From: Octopus vulgaris | Lineage: Eukaryota | Assembly: GCA_951406725.2 (NCBI GenBank) | Contig: OX597832.1 | Location: 23,498,001 to 23,562,000 of the forward strand | Length of the DNA: 64,000 nucleotides | Direction: 5' to 3' | In this document: one piece after another, positions 13,549 through 27,823 of the stretch | Layout of the letters: every line of letters starts with the position of its first letter | Position numbering within the stretch: the first letter of the stretch is position 1 | Made by a program: the position numbers and the translations under genes | Notes under the pieces: model-generated | Seen by the model: only the letters and a program-made list of their open reading frames with translations | Databases searched by the model: none | What the model was told of the DNA's origin: nothing

Positions 13549-13748
13549 GCAGTCAGACCCCGCAGGTGTCGCCACTGACGTCTCTGTTCGAAGGTTTCTA
13601 TGTATGCATATACGTGTTATGTAAATGTATATATATATATAGATATATATATATATATATATATATACAAGATAAGAAAATGGAGAAATACATCTAAATC
13701 AAATATCAATTACCAGATAATACTCAATCACATATATATATATATATA

Positions 13749-13800
<52 letters not shown>

Positions 13801-13805
13801 GTATG

Positions 13806-13844
<39 letters not shown>

Positions 13845-14134
13845 GTATAGGGTATGAGAGGTGTCGGTGTCAAGAAGAACCAAAAAGTGTCGGGTAGCGC
13901 TAAGTGCTACGGATAAACCATGTTTATTCTCCAGGTTCGATAATCATACGAGTGATGAGTCCAACGTAGGCCATGTATTAGCATGTATATATGTTTAAAT
14001 TGAAACAATATCCCGGAAACACCTGTAAGACTTTATAAATATTCTGAAAAATATTTACAGCCTTGGATCTTTTATCTCAGTCTCTCACTTTCTGTACATA
14101 TATAGTTAAAATTTATAGAAAATCAATATACATC

Positions 14135-14194
14135 ACATACATACATCACATACATACATACATACATACATACATACATACATACATACATACA

Positions 14195-14228
<34 letters not shown>

Positions 14229-14290
14229 CGTGCGCACATGCATACATACATACATACATACATACATACATACATACATACATACATACA

Positions 14291-14320
<30 letters not shown>
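14135..14320. repeat. (ACAT)n microsatellite
   Basis: Direct reading. Confidence 0.95.
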
Positions 14321-14324
<4 letters not shown>

Positions 14325-14898
14325 CATATATGTATACCTACAAATATACATACGTGCACACAGTGAAGAGTGTGATGTACGATATATTTTTAGAGATTAA
14401 GAAAGGATTTTAATATTTCATTTCATTTGAATTGATGGGCTATTATCTCTAATTAATAAAACTGTCACAGTTTATTATGATATGACTTTACTACTACTAC
14501 TACTGCTAGTGCTACTACTATTACTACTACTACTGCTAATACAATGAATGATGATGATGATGATGATGATGATTGTGGAGGTTGTGATGATCGGTGGTGA
14601 TGGTGGTGATGATGGCGTCGACGACGATGACATCAAAAACAACAACACCAATAACGCTAAAGATAATCTCTGAGCAAGATGAAGTGGAAAAGGACAACAA
14701 TTAAACGATATATCAGAGGGGAAGGGCAAATTTAGATTGAATCTGGTGATATTTTATCAATGGTAAGGCCTGTCGAAATGTTATTTCTTAATTTATGGAT
14801 TTAATGAACCAAAATCAAACTGAAAGAGATTTATGAGTTTAAGAACAACGATGAATGTAGGTCATACGTACGTCGTACGCACATACGTACGTATGTAA

Positions 14899-15051
14899 GC
14901 GGCTGTGTGGTAAGAAGCTTGCTTCCCAACCGCATGCTTCCAGGTTCCATACCACTATGTGGTACCTTGACCAAGTGTCTTCTGCTATAGCCTCGAGCCG
15001 ACTAAAGCCCTGTGAGTGGATTTTGTAGCCGGAAACTGAAAGAAGTCTGTC

Positions 15052-15055
<4 letters not shown>
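14899..15055 (+). mobile_element. SINE family B 5' half
   Basis: gcggctgtgtggtaagaagcttgcttcccaacc...ggaaactgaaagaagtctgtcg then (TA)n. Confidence 0.8.
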
Positions 15056-15083
<28 letters not shown>

Positions 15084-15096
15084 GACAGAAAGAAAC

Positions 15097-15164
<68 letters not shown>

Positions 15165-15194
15165 TTGTTTCTTTGTGTGTTTCTTTCTGTGTTC

Positions 15195-15230
15195 CTTTCT
15201 GTGGAAGAGCGTAGGCTCGAAACGTAAAAG
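15195..15230 (+). ncRNA. Hammerhead-like motif (variant core) in a (TA)n-associated repeat spanning about 15163-15325
   Basis: CUUU-CUGUGGA-A-GAGC(GUAG)GCUC-GAAA-CG-UA-AAAG. Confidence 0.55.
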
Positions 15231-16454
15231 ACTTTTTCAATTCCCGAGAGTTATACTAATATATCTGTTTGTTTTATACACCACCTGTTTTCGTCTTGTG
15301 TTTTTTCGTGAATTCTTCCTATATATGTATATATATATATATATATGGTTTCCGGCTACCAAATCCACTCACAAGGCTAGTCGAGTCGAGAAAGAAAGGT
15401 CAGGCTTGGCCGAACACCGGTCACTACCATCTGTGCAACATCTATATTCTCACCTTCCCTCCTCTTTCACTTCACTCTGTCCCTTTTCTTTTTTTCTCGT
15501 CCCTCTCTAATTCTTCTATCCCTCTGTCGTTGCTCTCTTCACGTGACCGGTATTGGGCCAAGCCTGACCTTTCTTTCTTGGTTCGACTATCATCCGTGCA
15601 ACATCTATATTTCTCACTATGCCTGTCATCTCTTATGTCCCTACCGTAAGCCTTCACTTTCACACGCCAGCTTAATATAATTAGTCCTTAGTCGAAAGAC
15701 ACCTGTTGTTATGTCCTGTTATTTGCATTTCTATTTGTGTACCATTTCTCCGTTTTTTTCCGTCCTTGTTTTCGTATACATTCGCTGCTTGCTTCCAAGG
15801 AATCTAGTGGTCTTAGCTTAGTTTTTTCTTGGGGCTGGCCAGATTGGAGCAATCTGGAGTATAACCAGCCGAAATTGCAAAGATAATCTGGAACTCGACT
15901 CAGAAAAGAAAACGTTGAATGACCCGTCCGTGTTTTTTCTTGTCCCTTCTTTTGTATCATCTAGCTTTCTGGATGTTTTGCGTCTTCTTATCGAAAAACA
16001 GACGCATGAATTGAAGTTGATACACGTCATGAGACCCAGGTCATGGAAAGGCACATAAGACGAGTTCCTGGGGGTTCCCCCTTTTTATCCCGCAGAGTGT
16101 CCCATAACCACCCTACTCACCAAACAGGATTGGTGGCGTTGCCGCTTTATTCGCCGAAAATCCGAGCATGCAATAGCTTGTACTGGATTACGTGTTATCG
16201 GTAATACTCAAGAACGACCTGACGTAAGTATACATGCATGAATATATATTAAAGCAGCTGCAATAATGTAAGTATTAGCGATCGCACGTACATAGTGTAT
16301 GTGATTCCTTTATACGCCGAATTGGCTGCGTCTTAGGAAACCTCCTACACGGTACCGAGGGTTAAAGAATAATGAATATCTCCAGCAAGGCGAGACACCT
16401 CATCCCACAGTGAACTAATATTATATATATGTATACACATATATATACTTATAT

Positions 16455-16505
<51 letters not shown>

Positions 16506-16741
16506 TATATGCATATATATTAATATATATACATAAATATATGTATATATACATATATATATGTATATACATATATATATATGTATATATATATATACAT
16601 ACATATATATATGTATATATAGATGTATATACATATATATATGTATATATATATATTACATATATATATGTACATATATATATACATATATATATATAAA
16701 TACATACATATGTGTCTGATATATATATATCATATATATAT

Positions 16742-16787
<46 letters not shown>

Positions 16788-16829
16788 TTTTATTATTTTT
16801 TTACTTTTTACTTATAATCTGCTTGTTAC

Positions 16830-17420
16830 TTACAGCCGCTTGCCAAGAGACATCCAGCGTCTTGAGGCGAGTGAATGGTAAGAGATTTTACTGTGTGACT
16901 AAAAGCTTGGAGAGGAGAGGTAATGAAGTATCTTCATGTAATATAACACAGATATTTAAATGGATAGGATTTTTCTAAGGATGTGGACAGTACTTGTCAA
17001 CACAATCTTTTTGATTTCTCTGAGACACGGTTCTCCTGGGATCTTATCTAGATGTTTCTGACATCCCTTTTTTTATCATACCTAGGGAACCTACAATAAC
17101 AGGAACAGTTCTCGTTTTAAGATGACATATCTTTTGTATTTCAATTTCCATGTACTTATATTTATTTAGTTTGTCAATTTCCTTGACAGATATATTTTTA
17201 TCAGTAGGAACACATACATATAATAGTGTACAAGTCTTTTCTTCCCTGTCTTTTATAATTATGTCTGGTCGATTAGCCTGGATCGAATTGTCAGTGTTGA
17301 CTGGAAAATCCCAGAGGATAGTGACATTTTTGCCATCAACGACTGGCACAGGATGATGTTCATACCATTAAGCAAGAGTGCTGATTTTGTAGTGTCTACA
17401 TATTTTCCAATGTAAATATC
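16830..17420 (-). mobile_element. R4/Dong-like element, restriction-like endonuclease region and 3' UTR
   Basis: ORF 17044-17349: ILWDFPVNTDNSIQANRPDIIIKD...KEIDKLNKY...VPVIVGSLG. Confidence 0.88.
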
Positions 17421-17547
17421 GTTACGATTATTATATTCCGGCGGACAACCTTAGACGAGATGGTCTATTGTTTCGTCAAATGTGTCGCAGAAACTGCATT
17501 TAGGGTCACAACCATTTTAAAGAACCTTAGCCTTCTTCTTCTTCTTC

Positions 17548-17615
<68 letters not shown>

Positions 17616-17640
17616 TACTTTTTTTTAATTATACCATATC

Positions 17641-17714
<74 letters not shown>

Positions 17715-17803
17715 GTTGAAATTTACAGAAAGCAAGAGACGAAGACAGGTGAAGGAACAACAAGCAGGTGTATTAGTTTAACACTCGGGAAGTGTGGATA
17801 AGT

Positions 17804-17840
17804 CTTTGACGTTTCAAGCTAACGCTCTCCGACAGAAAAG
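17804..17840 (-). ncRNA. Hammerhead-like motif, same family, decayed (element about 17712-17880)
   Basis: CUUUU-CUGUCGG-A-GAGC(GUUA)GCUU-GAAA-CG-UC-AAAG. Confidence 0.45.
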
Positions 17841-18670
17841 ATTAAGAGGGGAAAACGATGATAATAACGGTGACCCAGACTAGCTAAGGTGCGCAAGCTG
17901 GTGTGTGGATATGCGAATAGCCTGTGTGAGTGTGTATGTGTGAATGGGGCAAGTGCGTGAGTATATAAGTATGGACGAGCCTAAAATTATGTGGGCCCGT
18001 GTGTGTGTATGTGTATAGGTATCAAAATCTGGCTTTATTTCATACCCATTTAAAATATAAGCTTTCTACATAATGACAAAACGCTATAACATTCTGCCGC
18101 TAAATATGTCACCCTAAAGCAAACACCAATCATTCCTATACGGGGCACTTAACGGATACATTATTGATAAAGTTCAACAAAAGGGTTAAATGTATATGCT
18201 ACATTTATGAAAGCTGATAATTCTCGATTCGCTTTTGCATGTGTTTAATACTCTGTGTAAGTGTTTGCTTGTGTATCATTGCTTGTTTTCCGGTCCTATC
18301 TAAATAGCAATCTAATTCAACGAACCTTAAATACATGAATTATAAACACGTTGATCGGTTTTATTTTAAATATGTACAAGTTAAATATACTGAGTTGCTT
18401 AATGGCTATTATAAAATTATCACTGCAAACATCAGTGGTTTAAAAGTTTATACATCAAGAGATGATAGCTGGTTATATACACATATATATGTGTATGTAT
18501 ATATACATATATATATATACATACATACATATAAACGTGTACGTATGCATATATATATATGTGTGTGTGTGTGTATGTGTGTGCGTATGTATGTATTTGT
18601 ATGCCTGTATGTATTATGCATATATATATTTGTAAGTATAGATATGTATATATTTTAGGCATACGTGTAC

Positions 18671-18705
<35 letters not shown>

Positions 18706-18801
18706 CATACATACATACATATATATATATATGTGTGTATGTGTGTATGTATGTATATATATATATGTATATGTATGTATGTATGTATGTATGTCTATAT
18801 G

Positions 18802-18851
<50 letters not shown>

Positions 18852-19283
18852 TGCATGCTTATGTATATATGAATGTATGTATATATGTATATATGTATTT
18901 ATATGTGTATATATGTATTTATATGTGTATGGATATATATGCATGTGTGTATGTGTGGTTGATTGTATTTCAGTTTTCTTTATGTAAACTTCATTGCAAA
19001 AATAATTATCAACGAGTGAACGCTTGCGATTTAGGTGCATGATAACATTATACATAAAACTGCATTTGTTTATTTTATATATATAGATATATCTTTTGTT
19101 TGGTTCCTGTTTCTTCTCGTTTCTTTCCCTTTGTTGTTATTATTATTGCTTAAATGTACAGCATCTAATTTCTGCACAGCCATGTAGAAACGTGTATTTA
19201 TATACTATTATTAGTTTCCATATCACTTTTGCTGCTGTTATCATATTGCTAATATCATATATAAGCATAGATACATATATACC

Positions 19284-19321
<38 letters not shown>

Positions 19322-19378
19322 TTGTGTGTATGTATGTATGTATGTATGTATGTATGTATGTATGTATATATATATATG

Positions 19379-19453
<75 letters not shown>

Positions 19454-20189
19454 GTACGTATATATATATATATATATACGCTATTAGTTTCTGGTGCTTC
19501 CATTCATCAACATATGCATAAACGCATAAAGAGACTATAACACTCTCTAATAGATGTGCGATGTGCAAATTGATCTGATATTTTGATATTTAATCAAGCA
19601 AACGAGAGAAACAACATATATATTGATCAATTGATTCATGGTATATGAATGTGTATGTGTAGGCGTGCGTGCGGGCGTGGTTTGAACGTACGCCTGTGAA
19701 GCGTCGCCATTTTTGTCGGTACAGAGGTCGGAAGATTGTTAACTCGAATCTGCTAAATAGTGGCGCACAATTTTGCTATCAAATACCCTCAGAAGCATAA
19801 GCTTTGCTGGCCAACGAACCAATCATGAACTCCCTTTGGGAACGTCAAAATTGCCAGAAATAGCATTTAAGTCTCAAAGCAAATGTCTTAGTAAAAGAAG
19901 AATACAATAGCACGATTCAAAAGACGATGGTTTGAAACGAGGCTAGAACTTCCTTTGATTGTAGATCTTCGATATCGTTGTTTGCAGGGAAGTAAACGAG
20001 AATGAAACCAAAGTTTACAGACTTAATGTGTGTGTATGTGTATGTTTCCTGTTATTTGTTGCGATCGTTAGACAGCGGCCAGGCTGGGGCATCGACCTGA
20101 AGGGTTTAATCGAATAAATCGACCCAAGCACTCTTAATTAAGAACCTAAGACCCGACAAGTGACACGTTAGTCGAATGTAATTATAGAG

Positions 20190-20377
20190 CAGTTTCTGCA
20201 TACCGGTATGATCAATTGATTGGTGTGCTATAAGACAATGCTAGGTGTACCGCAGTGTAACCTGAATATACTTTTTTCCACTATACGTTTAGCTATATTT
20301 TTAGTTCAGTTGTGCCGCTGAACTTTTGATAATCTGAATATAAGTGTACCGCAAGTGAAAAAATCTGCGGTACACTA
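20190..20377. mobile_element. hAT-like MITE, decayed
   Basis: 8-bp TSD ttatagag at 20182-20189 and 20378-20385; imperfect cagt...acta termini; internal gtgtaccgca repeats. Confidence 0.6.
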
Positions 20378-21229
20378 TTATAGAGCACCAAACTGGAATA
20401 TTTAGGAACGTCAATTTAATTTCTAAAGAAAGCCAAATTCCGGTTTTTGCTATCGATGACACAGAACTCAATGAGGTGATTTCATGTACAGTGGATCATG
20501 TATTACAAACGATAAGAAAATCGTTCTTTCCTTTACATCCAAAGGATTGCTTGGGATCCCTATAAGAAGCTTCAAAATTACCGACAATAAAATATAATAA
20601 AATGTTTTAATGTGAAAAAGGCTTGCGTTCTTAAGAGAATGTGTGTGTCACCTGTTATTTGCTCCGATCGTTGGACAGCGGCCAGACTGGGGCATCGTCC
20701 TAAAGGGTTTAATCAAACAACAGGTTTTTGTGGGGGACCCATTACTTTTAATTAAGAACTTAAGATCCGGCAAATGACATGTTAAATGTAGTTATAGAGC
20801 AGTTTCTGCAACCGGTTTGTCTGCAGCACATTGGTGATGCTATAAGACGATGTGAAAATTAAAATTCATTCAACATCCACTTGCAGACTTGAAGAAAATT
20901 TCCACTCAAGAAGAATGGGAAAAAAATTCCTAAAGACAACATGCAAGTCATTGAAATTAAGAAGCTACAAGGGAAGAAATTCCTAGCACGGAAGTTGGAA
21001 CTGAATCATGGTTATGCTACGGCAAAGTATTAAATAAAAGAATTATCAGTTATTCGGTATGTTCTGTAGCATCGGAATACATTTTTCACTCTCTAAATTT
21101 ATTTCAGTAATTTGAATATAAGCATTCCTTAGTTACTATAATTTACCCCAAGTTTCTTTGTAAGCATATTCTTAGTGTATACATGTGTATGCAAATATAG
21201 TATTGGTATATCCCATTTATGTTCATTAG

Positions 21230-21483
21230 AAATTAAACACACCAGCATCGGTTGACATGTAGGAATATTTACACAGACACACTGTATGTATATATATATA
21301 TATATATATACATATATACGACGGTCTTCTTTCAGTTTCCGTCTACCAAATCCACTCACAAGGCTTTGGTCGGCACGAGGCTATAGTAGAAGACATTTGC
21401 CCAAGGTGCCACGCAGTTGAACTGAACACGGAACCATGTGGTTTGTATGCAAGCTACTTACCACACAACCACTCCTACGCCTT
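21230..21483 (-). mobile_element. SINE family B
   Basis: Matches 58188-58355 on the opposite strand. Confidence 0.8.
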
Positions 21484-21639
21484 TTAAATAGTTTCCTTTA
21501 TACCAGTAATTGTATGAGGTCGATGCGATATTCTATACATTGCCTTCCGTTTCACTTGATCATGAACACAGTTAAGAAATTGATAATTATTTTTACAGTC
21601 AAGTTCTAAAGTCGAATCTAAACCAACGCAATGTTTCTG

Positions 21640-22689
<1,050 letters not shown>

Positions 22690-23477
22690 TTGCAGGTAAA
22701 CAACAAGTGACAACCATTCTTATTATTTCGTAAATTGCATCGCGGTTTAATTTTCTGGAAACAATGCCATTTCGTTTTCTTTTTCTTTTTTTTTTATATT
22801 TTTCCTCAATTCTTTCAAATTTTGTTTGATTATTTTTTTTTTCTTCTTCATTTTCTACTTCAGCTTTCATATTGACCAGTTTACAAATCTGCAATGTGTT
22901 CTTCCGAAGATAATACACTGCGGTATCAAAATAAATTCGAAGCAATAATAAGCAATGAAATGAAATCTCTATGACACGATTTAAACACGGAACTGAGATT
23001 TTTGAACGGAAAGAATAAACAAAAGGAAACAAGAATTGCAAAGGAAAGAAGAAACACAATAAAAACTACAACAAAACACAACATACAAACTCTAGAACGA
23101 AATTTAATTTATAAGTTTTCTTTTGCTTCGAAATGACTATATGGCTTATAAATGAGGTGACATCTTATGATCTTGCTGGAAGTGTTTCGTTCGATTTCGT
23201 TTACCTCAAGAATCACTCATTGATTAACATCGTCTCTGTATCACTATTTTCTAGATAGATACCGATGTGGATGTGTAGCTAAGAACTTTCTTTTGTAATC
23301 ATGTGGTTCCCGGTTCAATTCCACTGGGTCGCTCCTTAGCCAAGTGTTTTCTACTATAACCACTGACCGATTAATGACATATAATTGGTATTAATAAATT
23401 CAGCAAACCATATAACAATATATAGATCGCTAATCTCTACATGATGATTTTCACTTTCTCTTTTTATTTTCTTATTC

Positions 23478-23513
23478 TTTTCTGTTGAAGAGCGTCGGCT
23501 CGAAACGTAAAAG
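23478..23513 (+). ncRNA. Hammerhead-like motif, same family
   Basis: UUUU-CUGUUGA-A-GAGC(GUCG)GCUC-GAAA-CG-UA-AAAG; the element runs on to (TA)n at about 23607. Confidence 0.55.
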
Positions 23514-23775
23514 ACTTTTTCATTTTTCCCGAGCGTCAAACTTTCTTGTTCATATACGTTGTTCATACACCTGCCTCCGTCTTTTGTTTTTCTATAAATT
23601 TCAACTATATATATATACAGGGAGAGAATTCACAAAAAAAAACAAAAGACGAAGACAGGTGATGTAGAAAACAAACGGATGTATCAGTATAACGCTCAGG
23701 AATTAAAAAAAGTCTTTAACGTTTCGAGCCTATATACACCCACACAGATATATATATATATATATATATATATGC

Positions 23776-23832
<57 letters not shown>

Positions 23833-24235
23833 CATTGTGTGTGTGTGTCTGAGTGTTTTCCCCCAATCCGCTGAATAATTGGCGTTGTTGTTTTAAGTCC
23901 GATTGAATAACTACCAGACTTTCAAATCAGAAGTTACTGGGGTCGATTTTTGGGACTAAACGAGTGATTCCAAAAGGGCCTTTGAAGAAAAGCAGGGCGA
24001 TAATGGACCCCTTAACAGGAGGCAATGGATGTAAACAAAATTTAATTTTCTGTTTGCTGCAGAAAGTGGTGTATGTTTGCGGTGATGCGCGGGGGTGGGT
24101 GTTAGGTATAAGGCTGGAGTGTCAAGAGGGCGGCAGTCCGAGAAAGTTTGGGAACCACCGGACTAAGCCTTTCAGTGCGGTGCCTCACTACCTTTGTAGT
24201 CAAATGTCTGAAACTAGTAAAAGAATACAAGAATA

Positions 24236-24453
24236 CAGTACTTCTTCACGCTATCGTGGTTCACTTATCGCGGTTTATTATTTCAGCTTACGTCGGTACC
24301 TCCGTAGTGTTGTTTTGCATTTATAATGATATTAAATATATACAAATTATAAAAAGAATTAAAAAAATATATAGTACTGTTTCTACTTCGCGGATTTTCA
24401 CTTATCGCGGGAGGGTTCGAAACGTAGCACCCGCGATAATCGAGGGATTACTG
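24236..24453. mobile_element. Tigger/pogo-like MITE
   Basis: TA|cagtacttcttcacgctatcg ... cgataatcgagggattactg|TA. Confidence 0.7.
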
Positions 24454-24771
24454 TAATAGAATAATGGAATAATTGAATGCTACCGATAACACTAACCTTA
24501 CATCTGCCTCTCCTTTTGCCCTTGATACAGTTACACTTACATTCTCTCTCTTTTCCTCTATCCTTCTCCCTCTCTCTTTCTCTCTCTCCCTCTCTCTCTC
24601 ACTCTATCTTCTGTCTCTCACGCTGTATTTTTCTCTCATCTTCCCGATATATATATCAGTGAGGAGATGAGCGAAGACTTAAGTCCAGTTCCACAAAAGC
24701 TTTTCGCTGCAGTTTGTCATGAAGAAAATATTCTACCCTTTATTCTTCCATTCCATTGACCTTTTTCAATT

Positions 24772-24812
<41 letters not shown>

Positions 24813-25348
24813 TTTCACAACACTGAAATGTCGAAGCCTGTCTCTATTCACACTCATCTGTTGACTTTGATGATGAAATATCACAAATTTCGGCCTTTTC
24901 TTTCAATCTACAGCATTTTAACTTTGTTCTTGCGGTGGAGAAGATGTAATTATATTAACATGGTTTATACACGGCTGGATTGAATGCCGCGCGGTATTTT
25001 GTTGCTTCCATTAACAACCGTAAGTTTTGAAATCTCTTACCCCGCAGTTCAATTTGTCTTTCATCTTTATGGGATCAATAAAGGCACTCTTAATAATATC
25101 GGGCATTCTATATGAACGACAGAGTCATCTATTGAATAACGTGACCTAATGACTTATAGCTGAAGTCTGTATATGTGAGTAGAGGTAGGAAACAGTGAAA
25201 GGAAGAATTCCACCTTAAGACAAGTCGAAGTATGTTTGAGGATCGTTTGAGTCCTTTCTCCATGACAACAAACTGCAGTGGAAAACCTTTACAAATTCAT
25301 ATATCTGTCAACCATATTGGAACTGATCTTAAGATTGAATTCAATATA

Positions 25349-25914
25349 TTATGTTGTCCGGAAAGTTCGTGCCGATGTTTAAAGGAAAGAAAAAGGTCAA
25401 TAAATACTTGCCATTACATTTTTAATCAACCAAATATGAATCGCTTTGTTGCACAATGTGTCTCCATCTTTCCTTTAACTTGCAACTACCCTCTTCCCAG
25501 AATTGGCGTGGTTTCATCGCAAAGAATTCATCAAGCTATCTTTTTATGTCATCCAAGGAATTGAATTTTTTACCATTAAGACTATTCTGCAGAGACCTGA
25601 ATAAGTGGAAATCCGAAGGAGCAATATCTGGTGAATATGGAGGGTGGGGTAACACATCCCAGCCGAGCTGCAGCAATTTTGTCTGGTTCCCAAAGCATCA
25701 AGTGCCGAAAATGAACTTTCTTATCTTCCATTTTAAAGGGTTACAAAATTAACACAGGTTATAGGAACATAAACCTTCTTCCACGAAAAGATAGCTTAAA
25801 CTGTGCTCTAAATGGAGGTGTAGTCAAATCTTATTTTATGGACTCAACCATGTTCTAAAATAAGTCGAAAGTTAAGCTACTATATATCGGCACGAACTTT
25901 TCCGGACAAGCCAA
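25349..25914 (-). mobile_element. Internally deleted mariner transposon
   Basis: TIRs ttgtccggaaagttcgtgccgat / atcggcacgaacttttccggacaa; transposase remnant LGWDVLPHPPYSPDIAPSDFHLFRSLQN with a stop. Confidence 0.9.
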
Positions 25915-26449
25915 TGCATCTTGTACCTCGTCTGCTTTACGAACAGATCTTTTCTCGTTTGATGCGGTCGTCCACTTCAACTGCAGCGTTAATGTCCGTG
26001 GATTAATTTCACTGGATATTCTGCCTAAAGATGAGTCACTTCGTTGTGACGCTTAAATCCAAAAGAAGATGGAACCTACTAAGAGAAACATATCGTTTCA
26101 TAGATTTTAAGATTCGGATCTGACAGTTGAATACCGTATTTAATGAAATATTAGGGCTGTGAATTTGCAAGAGTTGTTAGGGCGTAGCTATATAGTTATC
26201 ACAAATAGTCTGAAAAATTCTGATGAATAGAAAAAGAAACGGAAAGTTGAGGTTACCAAAAGCACGCGGCTGTAAAGATTAAAGTACACACAAACTCTGA
26301 ACTAGTTGGGCTACATTGTTATTCAAAGTTAATCTTTGGATAAATATATAATTCCAAAAGAAAGAGAATCGAAACACGCAAATATATCAGGTTATGATTC
26401 AAATATAATTTCGGTTTAAAACGAGATATAAGCCCAGGATTATAGAGTG

Positions 26450-26993
26450 TATATATATATATATACATACACACAGACATATATACATACATATATACAT
26501 ACACACAGACATATATACATACATACATAAATACACACAGACATATATACATACATACATACATACATACATAAATACACACAGACATATATACATACAT
26601 ACATACATACACACAGACATATATACATACATACATACAAACACACACACATATATACATACATACATAAATACAGGCAGACAGACAGACAGACATATAT
26701 ACATACATACATACATACATACATACACACATACATACATACATACATACATACATACACACATACATACATACATACATACAGACATAGACACATACAT
26801 ACACACAGACATATATACATACATACATACATACATACACACAGACATACATACATACATACATACATACACACATACATACATACATACATACATACAT
26901 ACATACATACACACAGACATATACATACATACACACAGACATATATACATACATACATACATACACACAGACATACATACACAGAGACATATA

Positions 26994-27024
<31 letters not shown>

Positions 27025-27050
27025 CTACATACATACATACACACACAAAT
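26450..27050. repeat. Compound (ACAT)n repeat with recurring acacacagacatatat unit
   Basis: Direct reading. Confidence 0.93.
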
Positions 27051-27335
27051 ATATATAATGTAATCTATTATTTTTTCGCTGTATTGCGTGTTTGTTTCTT
27101 TTTTGCATCTGTGATTCTATTATTGATCTTCTGTATAATTGAAGATATATCCTTTAATCTGCTGATTTTCTTTTCACGAAATGAGAAGATACATTGCAGA
27201 ACTTTTATCCTAGCGAGTTATGTCCATTTATCCCCTGAAGCGACACATCTACACCATCGGATGCACCTAAAGCAATTGTTAAGTGTCCCACTGTTGTACA
27301 ACGAAACTGTAAACCCATCCCGGTAAAATGTGGTA

Positions 27336-27823
27336 CCTTTGTCATAAGGTATCGAGATTGATAGAATCAACCATTCTAAAAGACCACAATGAACAATTTA
27401 ATTTAGAATGGTTGATTCTCTCAATCTCGATATCTTATGACAAAGGCAAGGAATTCTGTCTCCTCTGTAATTCTGAACTATTTTTCATTATTTTTTCTAA
27501 AAATCCCCTAGTAAACACGGTTATAGAGCGTGAATTTCCTTTGTATTTCACATTCACTATAAATATTCCTTCTCTTTCTATAGGTTACTTCTGACGTTAT
27601 ATCATATAACGTTTTTTCAAACTATATTAATAGTGTTCAGTAAATCACTATACATATCCATCATGTTCTGTTAAAATGTCTTATTGACGAGTTTCATTTC
27701 TTCACTTCCCCGAAGAGAAGATTGCATTGTTTTACACCATTTATTCCTTTGGAATAATATCAGTGAAATCTTCGAAACATTGTCGAACTTAAAAGTGTTT
27801 AATTTATACCTGCGTTAATCTCC

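Larger units (their letters stand above)
12977..13601 (-). mobile_element. Non-coding hammerhead-containing tandem element (retrozyme / Penelope pseudo-LTR-like), 364-nt period, about 1.7 units
   Basis: Direct repeats 12977-13237 and 13341-13601 (261 nt, two substitutions seen) with a 103-nt spacer, flanked by TA-rich microsatellite; three hammerhead motifs on the minus strand. Confidence 0.8.

Noticed and set aside
13950-13975. gtgatgagtcc...agg resembling a hammerhead start
   Set aside because: No GAAA or cleavage triplet follows.
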